Of a stretch of 64,000 bases of DNA, positions 40,283-52,710 are shown piece by piece. Both the position numbers and the translations under genes were made by a program. The notes under the pieces were generated by a model. It did no database searches, had not been told where the DNA came from, and saw only the letters and a program-made list of their open reading frames with translations. Position 1 is the stretch's first letter. Every line of letters starts with the position of its first letter. The DNA is from Owenia fusiformis (lineage: Eukaryota): positions 41,292,001-41,356,000 of the forward strand of contig CAIIXF020000001.1 in the NCBI GenBank assembly GCA_903813345.2, written 5' to 3'.

Positions 40283-41917
40283 ATGATGAACTCCAAACCA
40301 AGCAACTTGATATTGACAATTTTTGCTATTTGTATTGGACTCTCAAGTCAGCAAGGGTGCCCCTGGCCATGTTCATGTGTGGACCTCACAGTTAACTGCA
40401 GATCACGAGGCCTCACCTCTATACCGACTAACATTCCCATTGATACCACTGCCCTTGACCTCAGTGGAAACAACATTGAAAGAATTACTGAAAGAAGTTT
40501 CAACTCATTGAAAAACTTGACGATTTTGCTCCTGAATGGCTCAAATATTAAGTACTTGGATGCATATGCATTTGATGGACTTGAAAACATATTCAGCCTG
40601 AATTTACGAGACAATCAAATTAAAGCAGTATACCAGAATACATTTACTGGTATAAAATTTCCCTCTGGACTGTATGAAGTATGCCATAGACAAGCTGGGC
40701 TTCTATGGGATGATTGCATGGTGGATTTGCGCTATAACCCATTAAGTAAAGTTGCAATCTATGCATTTGCCCAAACAAAAGGCATACGTGTCTACTTTGG
40801 TGAACAGGATGTTCCAATGAATATGGTGGGCGCATTCTGGGGATCGGACGAGGCTAATGAGATTGTCTTTGTTAACATAAAAGAACTAAATCTTGAGCTG
40901 ATATCATTTGGTGGATGCACTAGGCCTAGACATATTGCAATAATTGACACATATTTGCCGTATCTGCCCTGGGGTACATTTAAGGATATAACTGAAATAG
41001 AAAGCTTAGAGTTAGATAACTGCACAATTGATCGAATAGCCCAAGGTGCATTTGGAGGAAACACTTTCAGAGGAAGAGATCATTATTCTGCTGAAAATGT
41101 TATTCAAATAAATAAATGTACCATAAATTGTCCTATTCCTAGTTATGCATTTTCAAATAGCACTGTTAGATCCATTGTAATTACCCAGAATACACTTAGT
41201 GGTTTCGAGCCATTTGCTTTTGATGGTGAACGTGGGAAACTTCATCTGTCAGACTTGATCATAGCAGGAAATGACAACTGGACCGAAGTGAATACGAACA
41301 CTTTTGCGAATATCAGAGAAGCCAAGAGTGGCATATTTATCAGCGGAAATAATTTAACAGATATCCACACTGGAGCTTTCACCAACACAAGAAATGTGGG
41401 CAGACTTAAATTTAGTAATGAATCAACAAAACTCACGGTGCATCCTCGTGCCTTCAATAATGTATCAAATGTCACACAATGGATTGAATTTGAAGATATG
41501 AGAAACGTCATTCTGAAAAGCCAAGCCTTTTCTGGTGTTGCAAATATTTCTACATTACGATTTTATCAATCAAAAATTACAAAATTTGATCGAAAATTCA
41601 TTGATGCATGCAAACCTGGTATCAGAAGCCTTACCCTTAATAGTAATCCCATACCATGCGACTGCAATGCAGCTCATTTGGCTTTATTCTGCAGGAATGC
41701 CAAAATAGGATATTTTGTGAGTTGCAATTTCAATGGCACCTCTACTAGTGTAACGGCCCATGATTGGGAAAGCAAAGGACCAGAGTGGCATCCACCAAAC
41801 TCTAACCTACCAAACTGTCAAAACATCGATCCAATCACCTGTGGAGTTTCTATTGTGCTACCATCTTTTATCTCAATCGTGATTGCCATGACGATATTTG
41901 TTTATACATGTTTGTGA
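40283..41917 (+). CDS. Leucine-rich repeat cell-surface protein (signal peptide, LRRNT, LRRs, LRRCT, C-terminal hydrophobic anchor/GPI-like signal), 544 aa
   Basis: Single 544-aa ORF with hydrophobic N-terminus, CPWPCSC...[16 protein letters not shown] (LRRNT), [16 protein letters not shown] repeats, NPIPCDC (LRRCT) and terminal [24 protein letters not shown] splice acceptor (ttttgcag) sits 2 nt before the ATG, implying a 5'UTR intron. Confidence 0.9.
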   Translation: MMNSKPSNLILTIFAICIGLSSQQGCPWPCSCVDLTVNCRSRGLTSIPTNIPIDTTALDLSGNNIERITERSFNSLKNLTILLLNGSNIKYLDAYAFDGLENIFSLNLRDNQIKAVYQNTFTGIKFPSGLYEVCHRQAGLLWDDCMVDLRYNPLSKVAIYAFAQTKGIRVYFGEQDVPMNMVGAFWGSDEANEIVFVNIKELNLELISFGGCTRPRHIAIIDTYLPYLPWGTFKDITEIESLELDNCTIDRIAQGAFGGNTFRGRDHYSAENVIQINKCTINCPIPSYAFSNSTVRSIVITQNTLSGFEPFAFDGERGKLHLSDLIIAGNDNWTEVNTNTFANIREAKSGIFISGNNLTDIHTGAFTNTRNVGRLKFSNESTKLTVHPRAFNNVSNVTQWIEFEDMRNVILKSQAFSGVANISTLRFYQSKITKFDRKFIDACKPGIRSLTLNSNPIPCDCNAAHLALFCRNAKIGYFVSCNFNGTSTSVTAHDWESKGPEWHPPNSNLPNCQNIDPITCGVSIVLPSFISIVIAMTIFVYTCL

Positions 41918-43850
41918 AATAGCCTTTGCATTGAAGAATAGACGAGAGATGAGTCATGATGTTGTCATTGTTATTAAAGAAAGTGGGCAATATCAGTAGA
42001 TATAGCCTGTTTACTTTCCCATTGACATCCATACAAATGCTTCGCTAGATATGTAGTATTGAAAGGTACATTAAGAAGATGTGATACACACAAAAAGATG
42101 TAAGACAATCTCTATGTTTATATTATCATTGAGATTTTGTCAAGTCTCTGAGCACTTTATAATACACTGCCAATTTACAGCAAAGTATAGTGCTGTGAGA
42201 TGGTGTTGTAGATTTTGCCACTGAATATTATAATTATATATGTATATGTATATTTTTTTAATTTTCATATTTAGTTCCACTTTTGTATAACTATGTAAGA
42301 TCCCATGATTAATGCAGCATAATAAAAGGATGATATGCATTCCTATATTGTTTTAAGTTAAGTTATCGTAAATATTGCTTTGACATACATGTATGTCTTG
42401 TGTTTTAAAACAGTGGTTCATGATAATGATTAAATGATAAAATTTGAACCAACTCCATAAACCACTATTTAAAGGTAGAATAAGATCTATAGGGGGTGAC
42501 AAAAATACAAGCAACATGTACAATTGAGATACCAATCTATTCCTTACAACCTCATATACACTATCTCCCAAAAGATTCACGATATGTTATAAATTGGTGA
42601 AGTTAAAATGGATCCAAAGTGCAAAAATGGATGAAAAATGTTTAAATTCTTATAGAAAATAATACATTATTGTAAAAATCTTTAGTTTTCCTGAAATAAA
42701 GTATGCACTTTGGGAATTTTTAGAAAAATAGGCATGAATAGGAATGAAATAAACCAGAAATATTCTAAAATTGAAACAATTTTTTGTTAGGCTGCTTGCT
42801 AAATCTAATTCTCTCTTTAAGCTTTTGCCTGGACAGATAAATGGCTTCTTTACATCCCTTCTTGAACTTCAGCATAGTATAACAAACCACAAACCACATC
42901 AATTTGAGCAATTACAAAATATATTATTTCAACAATCACCTCTTGGATATAATCACATTTACCAACAGTACATTTTACAAAAAAAACACATAAATTAATG
43001 ACATACCAAAATTGCAACAAATACATGTCAATTGCTAATATAACAAAACGCTGGAAAGTCCATTATTCACAGCTCTTACACTCTCTACATGCAAAGCTAA
43101 AGAGGGTATCTGCGATAGATTAGAATGCACGAGATCAATGCGATCAATCTAATGGCACCATTTTCAGTTGGCATATACACTCAATACAAATACTTGTAAA
43201 TAATGATTATGTGGCACCTAATACTCCCTCTTGGGGGTCATAACCACTACAACCTGTTATAAATATGTTATAAAACTCTTTAAATGAAAACCAAAGATAG
43301 TAATATACATAAAACCTTAAGCCAAGCCTAATTTTTCATCCTGACTACAACCCTGAATGGTGTTCAAAAATAGTAGTCAAGTCCAAGATCTAAAATTAGG
43401 AAAACAGAAATTAATAGCCCATAATTAAACATAGTTTGTGATTATCCAAAATTGAATTTAACTGAAAGCAAAACTGTCTGACTGTGACTAGAGTGAAAAA
43501 GGCGTTAGCATGCAAAATGTCACTACCTGCCATTAGTTACAAACTCAGATGGTGAAATACCAACTTCCGACTGCCAAACACCAACTGCCAAACACAGTCC
43601 ACAAAAAAAATTGGAGACTTACAATATGTCACCACTTCTAGTGGTTACGTAAAACACAATAACTTCACTGATTCACTGATTTACACCAAACATGTACTAA
43701 TAACATTAACATATTTCTGTAAATGTACACACCTTAGACACCAGTTTTGGTGTGAATAATGTACAAAAATGACACTTCACATACATTATTTAAATAATGA
43801 CATAATATTGTACATAAAATGGGTAGCTGATAACAATATCTTACCCATGT

Positions 43851-44133
43851 CAGGGGCGGATCTGGGAACCAACAAGGGGGGGGGGCAAAACTTGTGATCT
43901 GAGAAAAAACCTCCCTGCTTACGAGGAAAAAATTTTGAGGCCCATTTTTTTCAAAATTTGGCTTAATAATAAAAAATAAGGCCTTAGAAGGCCCATTTAT
44001 GACCAAAAAGGCCCACTTTTTGGGGCCTTAAGGCCTTTTTTGGCCCAAAATTATATTGGGGCACAATTTTTTTTCTGGGCCCACCCAAGGGGGGGAGGGC
44101 CCGGGCCCCTGGACCCCCCCAGATCCGCCAGTG
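43851..44133. mobile_element. Small GC-rich MITE with 5-bp target duplication; partial copy near 54410-54578
   Basis: CAGGGGCGGATCTGGG / CCCAGATCCGCCAGTG flanked by CATGT. Confidence 0.7.
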
Positions 44134-44990
44134 CATGTGAGCTAAAAGCAGTGTAGGCACAATAATTTATTATTGGACTGTAAGTGGTTGAAAACATACT
44201 TAATTTCAACCGCATACTTAATACAACACTTTTCGAGCCAATTTGCAATAACATTTAGCCTATAATTATTGTACGAGACTATGCCCATAAATAAAGTCCT
44301 CAATGGCTGACTTTTGACTTTTTATGAAATCCTCAAAAAATTCAAAGTGGGAAGCCAATATTAACAATTGATCTGCATAAGGATTATTTTAGGCAAATAT
44401 ATTCTTGACATCTCCTGATTTTTGTACTTTATGTATTGCCTAAAGTCCTGAGGGTATACTTGGTAGTCAATGATTTTTGTGAAGTGTATTGCCTTCGAAA
44501 AATATATTATGATATGAATATGAGGAAAGTTCAACTTTCAACACTTCTAGTTGAGCACAAAAGTGAATTAATAATGTAGATCGACAAGTGTTAATTTATT
44601 ACATCTAGTCTTCACATTATATCATTATACAAGACATTGAAGTCAGTATATGTATCTGGAAATTTCATCTTTAAAGTGAGTGGAACTAAAAGGAAAGAGA
44701 CGATAAAATGTTGGTAGCAGTTTTTTTCAAAAATCATGCCTATGTTTTCGTTACAATCATAATTTTATTTTTAACAAAATTAAATATTATAGTCAATGAA
44801 GATTCAAAAAGCAAAAATGTGACAATATTTTTAAACTTCTTCAACTTATCTCCCTTCTACTCCCTTTGCGTATTGTCATAAGGTACTTTCTATGAATCTA
44901 GCAGAAGTTAAATAAAATAATTCCACGTCCCAGTTGTAGTAGTAGGGCTTTGAAATTAGAGTCTTTAAATGGATGTTATTCAGGAATGAT

Positions 44991-47900
44991 TCAACAAGCA
45001 GCTGGTGTTAAGAACTTGAACTCGTACTTGCATCTGTCAGCCTCTTGAACACTCACAACCCGATCCTCTAAGCCACACTCAAATGTAATCTGCAATACAC
45101 AATAAAACACAGATCTGAACCTGATCTTGTTATTATAGAAGTTGGGCAAGTCAGCTAAATGGGTTCAATGATAATGGGAACCATTCTTTAACAGGATCAA
45201 TTTTGAACACCTTTAAAAGTCCACTAGTGTATCTGGACCCAAACATGTGAAATGAAGAATTTTGATCAGGCCAAACCTGTAGCTTAAAAAATTGGGACTT
45301 ACCCCACCCCTTAACGTATGACCCCAAAAAATTAATTAGAAAACTACATGTAGGTATCGTTACTTTGATGCATGATTTAGAAAGATAATCATGTAACAAG
45401 TCCTGATGTAACCCCTCAAATTCATCATCGGTTGGAAATATCAATAAACAAGACACACAGTGATAAATATCGCACTTTGAAGAGCAAACTGGCCACCATG
45501 CAATTTACCCAGCATGGCCAAAACCTAATCAGACCTTGGCACTAGTCTGCTCTTGCATCTGTAAACATTTCAAGTTGACAAGGTTAGCGGTTTTCCTGCA
45601 ATTTTGATGAAGAATTTATTTGTAGTCTTGAACTTTGGGAAAATTTAGATAACATTGTTTGTGACCTAATTTGATGACTTTCGACCTTGAAAATTTCACT
45701 TTTTCAGACCTCAGTAGGTATTTTGTAATTAAGCTGACCTAAATTTAAATCCAAAATATCAATTTAGAAAATCAAATGTTTGACCTTTTCAAGGTCACTG
45801 AAGGTCAACGAAAGGTCAAATCTGAAATCTAAGGTCAGATTTGAACTTCTGAGAACTTGTAGATCTTGTTAAAAAAAAAAATTGGTCAATTTGGAGCAAG
45901 TTGAAAAATTCAAAATGGCCGCCAAATTGAAAAATTCAAAATGGCCACCATGTCATTCAGCCAGCATACCCAAAACCTAATCAGATCTTGGCAATAGTCT
46001 GCTCTTGCATCTGTAAAAATTTCAAGCTGACCTAAATCTAAATCCAAAATATCAATTTAGAAAATCAACTTTTTTGACCTTTTCAAGGTCACTGAAGGTG
46101 AATGAAAGGTCAAATCTGTGACCTAGTTTAATGACCTTGACTTTCGACCTTGAAAATTTCACTTTTTCATACCTCAGTAGGTGTTTTGTAATTAAGCTGA
46201 CCTAAATTTAAATCCAAAATATCAATTTAGAAAATCAACTTTTTTGACCTTTTGAAGGTCACTGAAGGTGAACGAAAGGTCAAATCTGAAATCTAAGGTC
46301 AGATTTGAACTTCTGAGAACTTGTAGATGTTTTTAAAAAAAATTTGGTCAATTTGGAGCAAGTTGAAAAATTCAAAATGGCCGCCAAATTGAAAAATTCG
46401 AAATGGCCATCATGTAATTCAGCCAGCATACCCAAAACCTAATCAGATCTTGGCAATAGTCTGCTCTTGCATCTGTAAAAATTTCAAGTTGAACGGATAA
46501 GTGGTTTTCCTGGAATTTTGATGACAAAATTTGTTGAAAAATTCAAAATGGCCGCCACGTAGTTTACCCAGCATGCCCTTAACCTAATCAGATCTTGGTA
46601 CTAGTCTGCTCTTGCATCTGTAAAAATTTCAAGTTGATCAGGTAAGCAGTTATCCTGGAAATTTGATGACAAGATTTGGTTTATGTGCCCCTCGCACGCC
46701 CACACGCCCGCCCAACAGCACAAGACGACGACAATATAGCACTTTTTCAAAGTGCGATAAAAATAGTAAGGATAAGTTTTTGTTTATAGTTACTTATTGC
46801 GTATACATGTTTATACCACTCTAAGTCCAATTACAGTTGTATAACATGGGTCTATAACAACGATATACAGTGGAGAGTGGTATATCGTCATCGTATACAA
46901 CTCCTCCGTATACACTCCAGCGTATACCACTGTAGAAGTGCATTCTGGGAAATGATGAATAAAAGAATCACGATTTCCTAGAATCAAGTGACGTCATAAA
47001 TCAACATCAGCATTATTGAGTTGGCTATGGGATATTTTTATGTTTTTTAATTGTTATTATGATTGTGTTCAAATCAACTGTAATTGAACTTAGAGTGGCA
47101 TGATAAGATTATATAATGGTTCATTCTGTATATCGTGCATTTTATACTCTCGTGAGAATATAATATATTCACTCGTTCGCTACGCTCACTTGTGAATATA
47201 TCATATACTCACTCGAGTATAAACACGATATACAGAAAGAACCATTATATAACCTCATAATATACTAATTTGAGTTAATTCAAAACAAATATTTAATGTT
47301 TTAAAATTCATGCATACCACAGAGTGCCTAGGCCAAGCTACACAACCATCATGATCCCCATCATCCACTCCTAACACATAGTGATCCTTTTCCAGTGTAA
47401 TCCAGCGGGTCTTTCTACCTAAATGTGATATACGTGTACATGTACAATAAAACCCTTCCCTTCTACACATACTTTTAAGCTTAATAGGTCTTGAACAAAA
47501 TTAAATGGAACTGATATGAGGATATTTATATTCATTTTAATGTTCATGTAGAACTATGATATTGAACTATTGTGGTTTGCTCGGTCTTCAGATTTACTGA
47601 TGAATCAATGGATTTTCAATTATCCATTTCACATACTTTTGTATTTTAATGATGTTGCACTGTACAAAAATGAAAATTGACTTACAAATTGTATTGACTT
47701 ACCTAACATTTTAGAAGATGAAGGAAACTTTATTTGTTTGACGTGCCTGAACGGACATACTGAGTACTCATACTCATGCGCTTTAATCTCAAAGCATTTA
47801 TGACTTAGTTTGAAGAACACTGCATCTGGTCCATAGATCTGAAACATTCAAATGCAGTGCATGCGGTGATCTCAATAGTATTGCAATGCCACAATGACAA

Positions 47901-50900
47901 CACGGAGGGTCAAAACTGCATTTGTGAAAAATACTATTTCAGTTTCTGAACAACACTTATCAAAGTGACCTTCATTTTGGCAACCAAGGCTGTTCCATGA
48001 GTATTTTTTTAAACCTTTTGATGTTGTATGTTAAGAAGTTATATTTTCTATTTTCATAAGTTACCGTATTTTAACAAGATGATATTATTGATGAACTGAC
48101 CAATCTGAAACTGTGCATTACTAAAATAGTAATGGACCCATCAAAATCTTTGAAATATAGTAATGTACACCTAGCTATGCCTGAAATGTATTTATTAGTC
48201 ATTTACCTTTTCATTTTCTCCCTTTCCTTCTTTAATGTACTCTTGCTTCAACCTAGCACCAAGTTTGTGGAGCTGGATATCTTTAGCCTTCTGTTGTTCC
48301 ACCGCATGGCACCGATTCTGACAGGGAGCATGGAAGACTGGTAATGCTGCATTCTGATCTGTAGAATGGAAAAATGGAATTATAATACATTAAGTTAAAA
48401 TAATGAGATAATGAGAAAATGAAACAGGAAATTGTGTTTTTCCATTAACTACCAACTCCTCTGAGTAGCAAACTTTACATGTCAATCACAACCAGGCAGT
48501 AGTCTTGTCTTTTTATTTCTCATCTGGCGAAATCTAGAGACACAACATGACTTGGTGAGCGAGACGTGTTTATTTTTTTTACAAGAAAGTGGCAGGAATT
48601 TGAAATGAGAAGCAACATTCCTTTTTGAACAGAGGTCCTATTTTCTGTTGACATTAGCCAAAAAAAGAATCATTTGATATTCAAGTCAACATTACATCGT
48701 TTCATGAAAAATGGTGGCCATTATGAATTCAGCCACCATGTTGAAAATTTCTTCTTGAGCAGTGGTCATATGCACCTTGGGCTTGGTCAGCAGCAAAGAA
48801 AATCGGAACCAAATCTGCCAATGGTCTTTCAGTTGTCAAAATTGATGTTGCTTACAAAAAGTTGTGGTCATTTTGAATTGACACCATATTAAAAAGTCCT
48901 TCTCAAACAAATTTCCTTCTCCCAAGATAAAATGGTGATGACAATAATGAATTGAGAAACCAATTTGTAAATTCATTCTTGAGCAAAGGCTCTATGCCCA
49001 TACGGCATCAGCCTATGAAATTTGAACTAAATTTTCAACTGGTATTTGAGTAATATTACCAGACCATGGGCTTTCAAAAAGCCTATGTCCAGACAGATTA
49101 ATACACAAATGTTAATGTCACATTTTCAAATGTTCATCTCTTTTTGTTAAATACATGTACGCTCAAATCTGTATGATACACAGTTGTGTGGTTTGTTAAT
49201 GCAGCTACACAATATCACTTTTTAATATTAAATTCATAATATGTTAATATGATTAAAACATAAACATTACTGGCAGAAGATAGAACATAGTTCTGTAATA
49301 GTATGTCTAGTACGGCCATCTATCTAACCTGTGACTTGGATTTCTTTCGGAAGTACCACACCACTCCATTCATCTGAGCCATCGCAGCAATCACATATTC
49401 CGTCATTCACCACTGATGATGATACTGCTATCGGTTTTCTAAGGTCCACTTGGTATTTACAAAAGAATCTGCAAAATTGAATGTCATTCCAAACACATTT
49501 ATATGTTAAAAGCTCTTTATTACCTCTCTACCTTTATCAAATCTCTAAAAATGTCTATATCAGATTTAAACTGACATAAATGAACATCATCTTTATTTTA
49601 GACTATTTGAACAATTGACAAAAATTGACTACTATTATATATATATATTTATCCCATACTTGGACGTGTTACAGGTACATAAAGCCAGTTTGTAAAAACT
49701 TATATTTTCATCAGCGGGCAGATATAGCTTTACGTCCCGCTCCGAGCGGGCAGATATAGTATATCTGCCCGCTACGTCATAATCGTCGCTCGCATATTTG
49801 TTCATAATTTGTAACGTTCACGTAATGACTGTAAACGACAATGGAGAAAACACAGACAATCGGGATCTGTTAATCCACTTAATCAATCAAAAATTCGAGA
49901 AAATAAATATGGGAATATTTGAGAGAACAGGAAAATCCACCCACGGCCAAGAAAACAAAACTGGACATGAATATTCTAAAATATATCCACGATTGAACAA
50001 TGTGAACCAGATAACCAAGATCGGTATGGGATAAACATATTATCCTATAGTCGGTTCAGGATATTGGGATTATCCCTTGGCCAATATAACATATTTTCCC
50101 TCGGGACCTGCGGCCCTCGGGCAAATATATCATATTTGCCTCGGGATAATCCCAATATCCTGAACCTCATATAGGATAATCTCTATATATATATATTATA
50201 TATCACCTGTTCAGTCTGTGCAGTTTCTAATTACATCTCTCTATAAAAGTGGTGACTGGGGATGAGTTCTTTGTTAAAACATACATAATGTGTTTTAAAA
50301 CATACCTGCCATTTCTACAAGCTGAAGTGCCTGGTTCATCTGAGCCATCTTCACAGTCACAATAATCATCATTCACATGGGTAAATGGAATCTCATCCTT
50401 AAACAATAAAACAACATTCTTAAACATGTTCTTCAGGTTTGATTATCAAATCACAAAAATATTTTTTTCTTCTTTTCATAACCTTTATTTTACTAAACAG
50501 GATGTTTCGGATCCTGTCTGGATCCATTTTCAACTGTATAAAAACTGAAATGAAGCACTACAAAACAATTTAATTGAATTGAATAAAACAACAATTAAAC
50601 AACAATGCCAAGGCGTAGCAAATCACATCCAACAGCCATGGCAGCCATTTTTAGAAATGGCCGCCTGTTAGCCAAACTTTTATTAGACATTATCACATAC
50701 TATGTAAAATTCCGGTAATCTGATTGGTTGGTTACCGTGTGAGTTTTCCCATCTCACACGTTACTACAACCAGTGATGAGGTTTCATATTCTTGCCTTAG
50801 ATACTGTTGATGACGTCATTACTAAATTGAATGGGTACACGAGGAATAAATGGGTTCATAGTGTAATATTTTTCATATAATGAGCAATAGCCATGTACTT

Positions 50901-52710
50901 ATTGCCAAATCAAATTACTGGAATTTTACATAGTAAGTGATAAATCTGTTATCACACGTTTCAGCTTGTGTGATATGGAAAATCTTCCACTCAAGTAAAA
51001 ATGTATCACCACTCAAGCTTCGCTTTTGTGGTGGTACAATTTTACTTTCGTGAAAGATTTCCCATATCACATGCTGAAACATGTGATAACTGATAGTGTA
51101 ACATGCTTCTAAGCTAAGTATACACATTTGCTAATATTAACAAAATTTGTTAATTATTTTGTGTATGTAATAAGTGCTGATTGCCAAGTAAATGTACATG
51201 TTGATAGTGCTTATGGAAAACTGTAATTAAAAAAGGCAATGATGTTGAAGGTGTTGATTACAAAGCACATGATGGTGGAAGCGCTCATGACCAAGCGTAT
51301 GGTATTGAAGGTGGGGATTATCATTACTATGCCCATCATAAATGGTGATGTAAGTGCTTAGTGACCAAGAGCATGATGTTGAAACTGTTGATAACCTCGT
51401 ACATAAAGTTAAAAGTGCTGAATACCAAGCACATCAAGATGAAAGTCCTGATAACCAAGTAAATAAACTTGAAAATGCTGAATACCAAGCACATGATGAT
51501 GAAAGTGCTGATAATCAAGTACATGTATATAAAGTTGAAAGTGCTGAACACCAAGCACATTATGGTGAAAGTGCCGATAACCAAGTACATAAAGATCAAA
51601 AGCACTGGATACAAAGCACATGATGATGATGCTGATAACCAAGTGCATAAAGTTGAAATGGCTGAATACCAAGCACATGATGATGAAAGTGCTGAATACC
51701 AAGCACATGATGATGAAAGTGCTGATAACCAATTATACTGAGTTGAAAGTGCTCAATAGCTCAGGATGATGAAAGTGCATGTGACAAGCCATTTCCTTTG
51801 AAGAACTTTGACGATTAGTACAAAAAATAATGAATACTGTAGATTGGGTTAATTTGGTGCTAATTTTGGTGATTTCACCATTTTTGGCATATTGGCGGTT
51901 ATTTAATTTGGCGAACACTAGGGCTTGAATTGTTCTGAATTTCTCAGGAATCCTTTTTTAACTTTGGCGAAGATGTAAATTGGCGGTTTTTCAATTTCGC
52001 CAAATTAAAGCAGGTGCCAAATTAACCCAATCTACAGTAGCTATTTTCAAAGTAATTTCAATTTGCTCTATTCCGGGCTCTATTCTTACCTTGGAATGAA
52101 TACAGCGGAATTTTAAATGTACACTTGATTGATAGTTTTCAGCCATTATGGGAAGTACTCCTCTTGGTATAACCTCAATGGAATTGTCACTTTTAATTAT
52201 TTTATTTTCATCTTTTTGATTTCTCTTTCTGTCTTTTTGATTGGATATCCCATCGTTATATCCAACTGACATATTTAACAATTTTCCTTCTTGCTTCACA
52301 ACATCTATGGACAGTTTATTTTTAGCATTAATTTGTGTTTGTTTGAGAGTAGTACTAGTTGTCTTTTTAATATTTTCATCATGGTGAGCATTAATTATTT
52401 CTTGATCATGTATATTGTTCTCATCTTTATTCCACACATCCTCTCTATATTTCTCCAGGCCCTCCTTCTTTCGTTGTTTATTGATAACATCTTTTAATTT
52501 CTTTAATTCCAGGTATTCCTTGTTCCAATGGCCTGCTTCATCAAACCGTGGTGGTTCAAAGTCTTGTACAGTCTTTTTCTTATTCCAACTTGGTTTCTGT
52601 ACATCAATGAATTGAAGTATGAGCACTTGGAATGTTAGATAGAGGCCTCCAGCCATAGCAATGAATAATACCACCTGGTACTTCCTTGATGGCTTCCGTA
52701 ACAATTTCAT
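44991..52710 (-). CDS. Glucosidase II beta subunit (PRKCSH)-like protein, type II membrane form: TM, stem, LDLa-like G2B domain, short coil, MRH domain; 446 aa
   Basis: 7 phase-consistent exons: 52710-52090, 50397-50306 ([20 protein letters not shown]), 49468-49329 ([15 protein letters not shown]), 48358-48207, 47838-47703 ([10 protein letters not shown]...EYEYSVCPF), 47418-47318, 45089-44991 (ECG...[17 protein letters not shown]). A 5'UTR acceptor lies just upstream of the ATG and a candidate upstream donor near 53325. Confidence 0.88.
45447..46763 (-). mobile_element. Helentron/HINE-like element, copy 2 (near-identical ends to 13712-15199, inverted)
   Basis: The reverse complement matches both termini and the internal modules of copy 1. 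It lies in the last intron of the PRKCSH-like gene. Confidence 0.8.
46811..47255. mobile_element. Double-hairpin element (Crypton-like architecture)
   Basis: CCACTCTAAGTCCAATTACAGTTG / CAACTGTAATTGAACTTAGAGTGG, then a ~70-bp-stem hairpin with tip GCTACGC. Confidence 0.65.
49649..50182. mobile_element. Double-hairpin element inserted in a (TA)n tract
   Basis: TTATCCCATAC / GTATGGGATAA, central ATAA-ACATA-TTAT (50031-50043), hairpin with tip CCTGCGG, (TA)n on both flanks. Confidence 0.65.
50690..51092. mobile_element. Double-hairpin element (Crypton-like architecture)
   Basis: TTATCACATACTATGTAAAATTCC / GGAATTTTACATAGTAAGTGATAA, central ATAA-ATCTG-TTAT (50940-50952), hairpin with tip GCTTCGC. 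Confidence 0.65.
51235..51775. repeat. Degenerate ~30-bp minisatellite (GATGATGAAAGTGCTGAATACCAAGCACAT-like) with ~60-bp higher-order alternation
   Basis: Repeated AAAGTGCTGA(A/T)A..CCAAG.ACAT motifs inside the PRKCSH-like intron 50398-52089; these account for the four overlapping repetitive ORFs in the track. Confidence 0.85.
51837..52037. mobile_element. TA-flanked MITE; related element near 55428-56229
   Basis: TA|CTGTAGATTGGGTTAATTTGG ... CCAAATTAACCCAATCTACAG|TA with internal TTGGCG repeats. Confidence 0.7.

Noticed and set aside
17820..42580. Apparent paralogous peptides MNLLGD...; likewise the twin ORFs at 61048 and 61477
   Set aside because: They are copies or inverted arms of non-coding MITEs.
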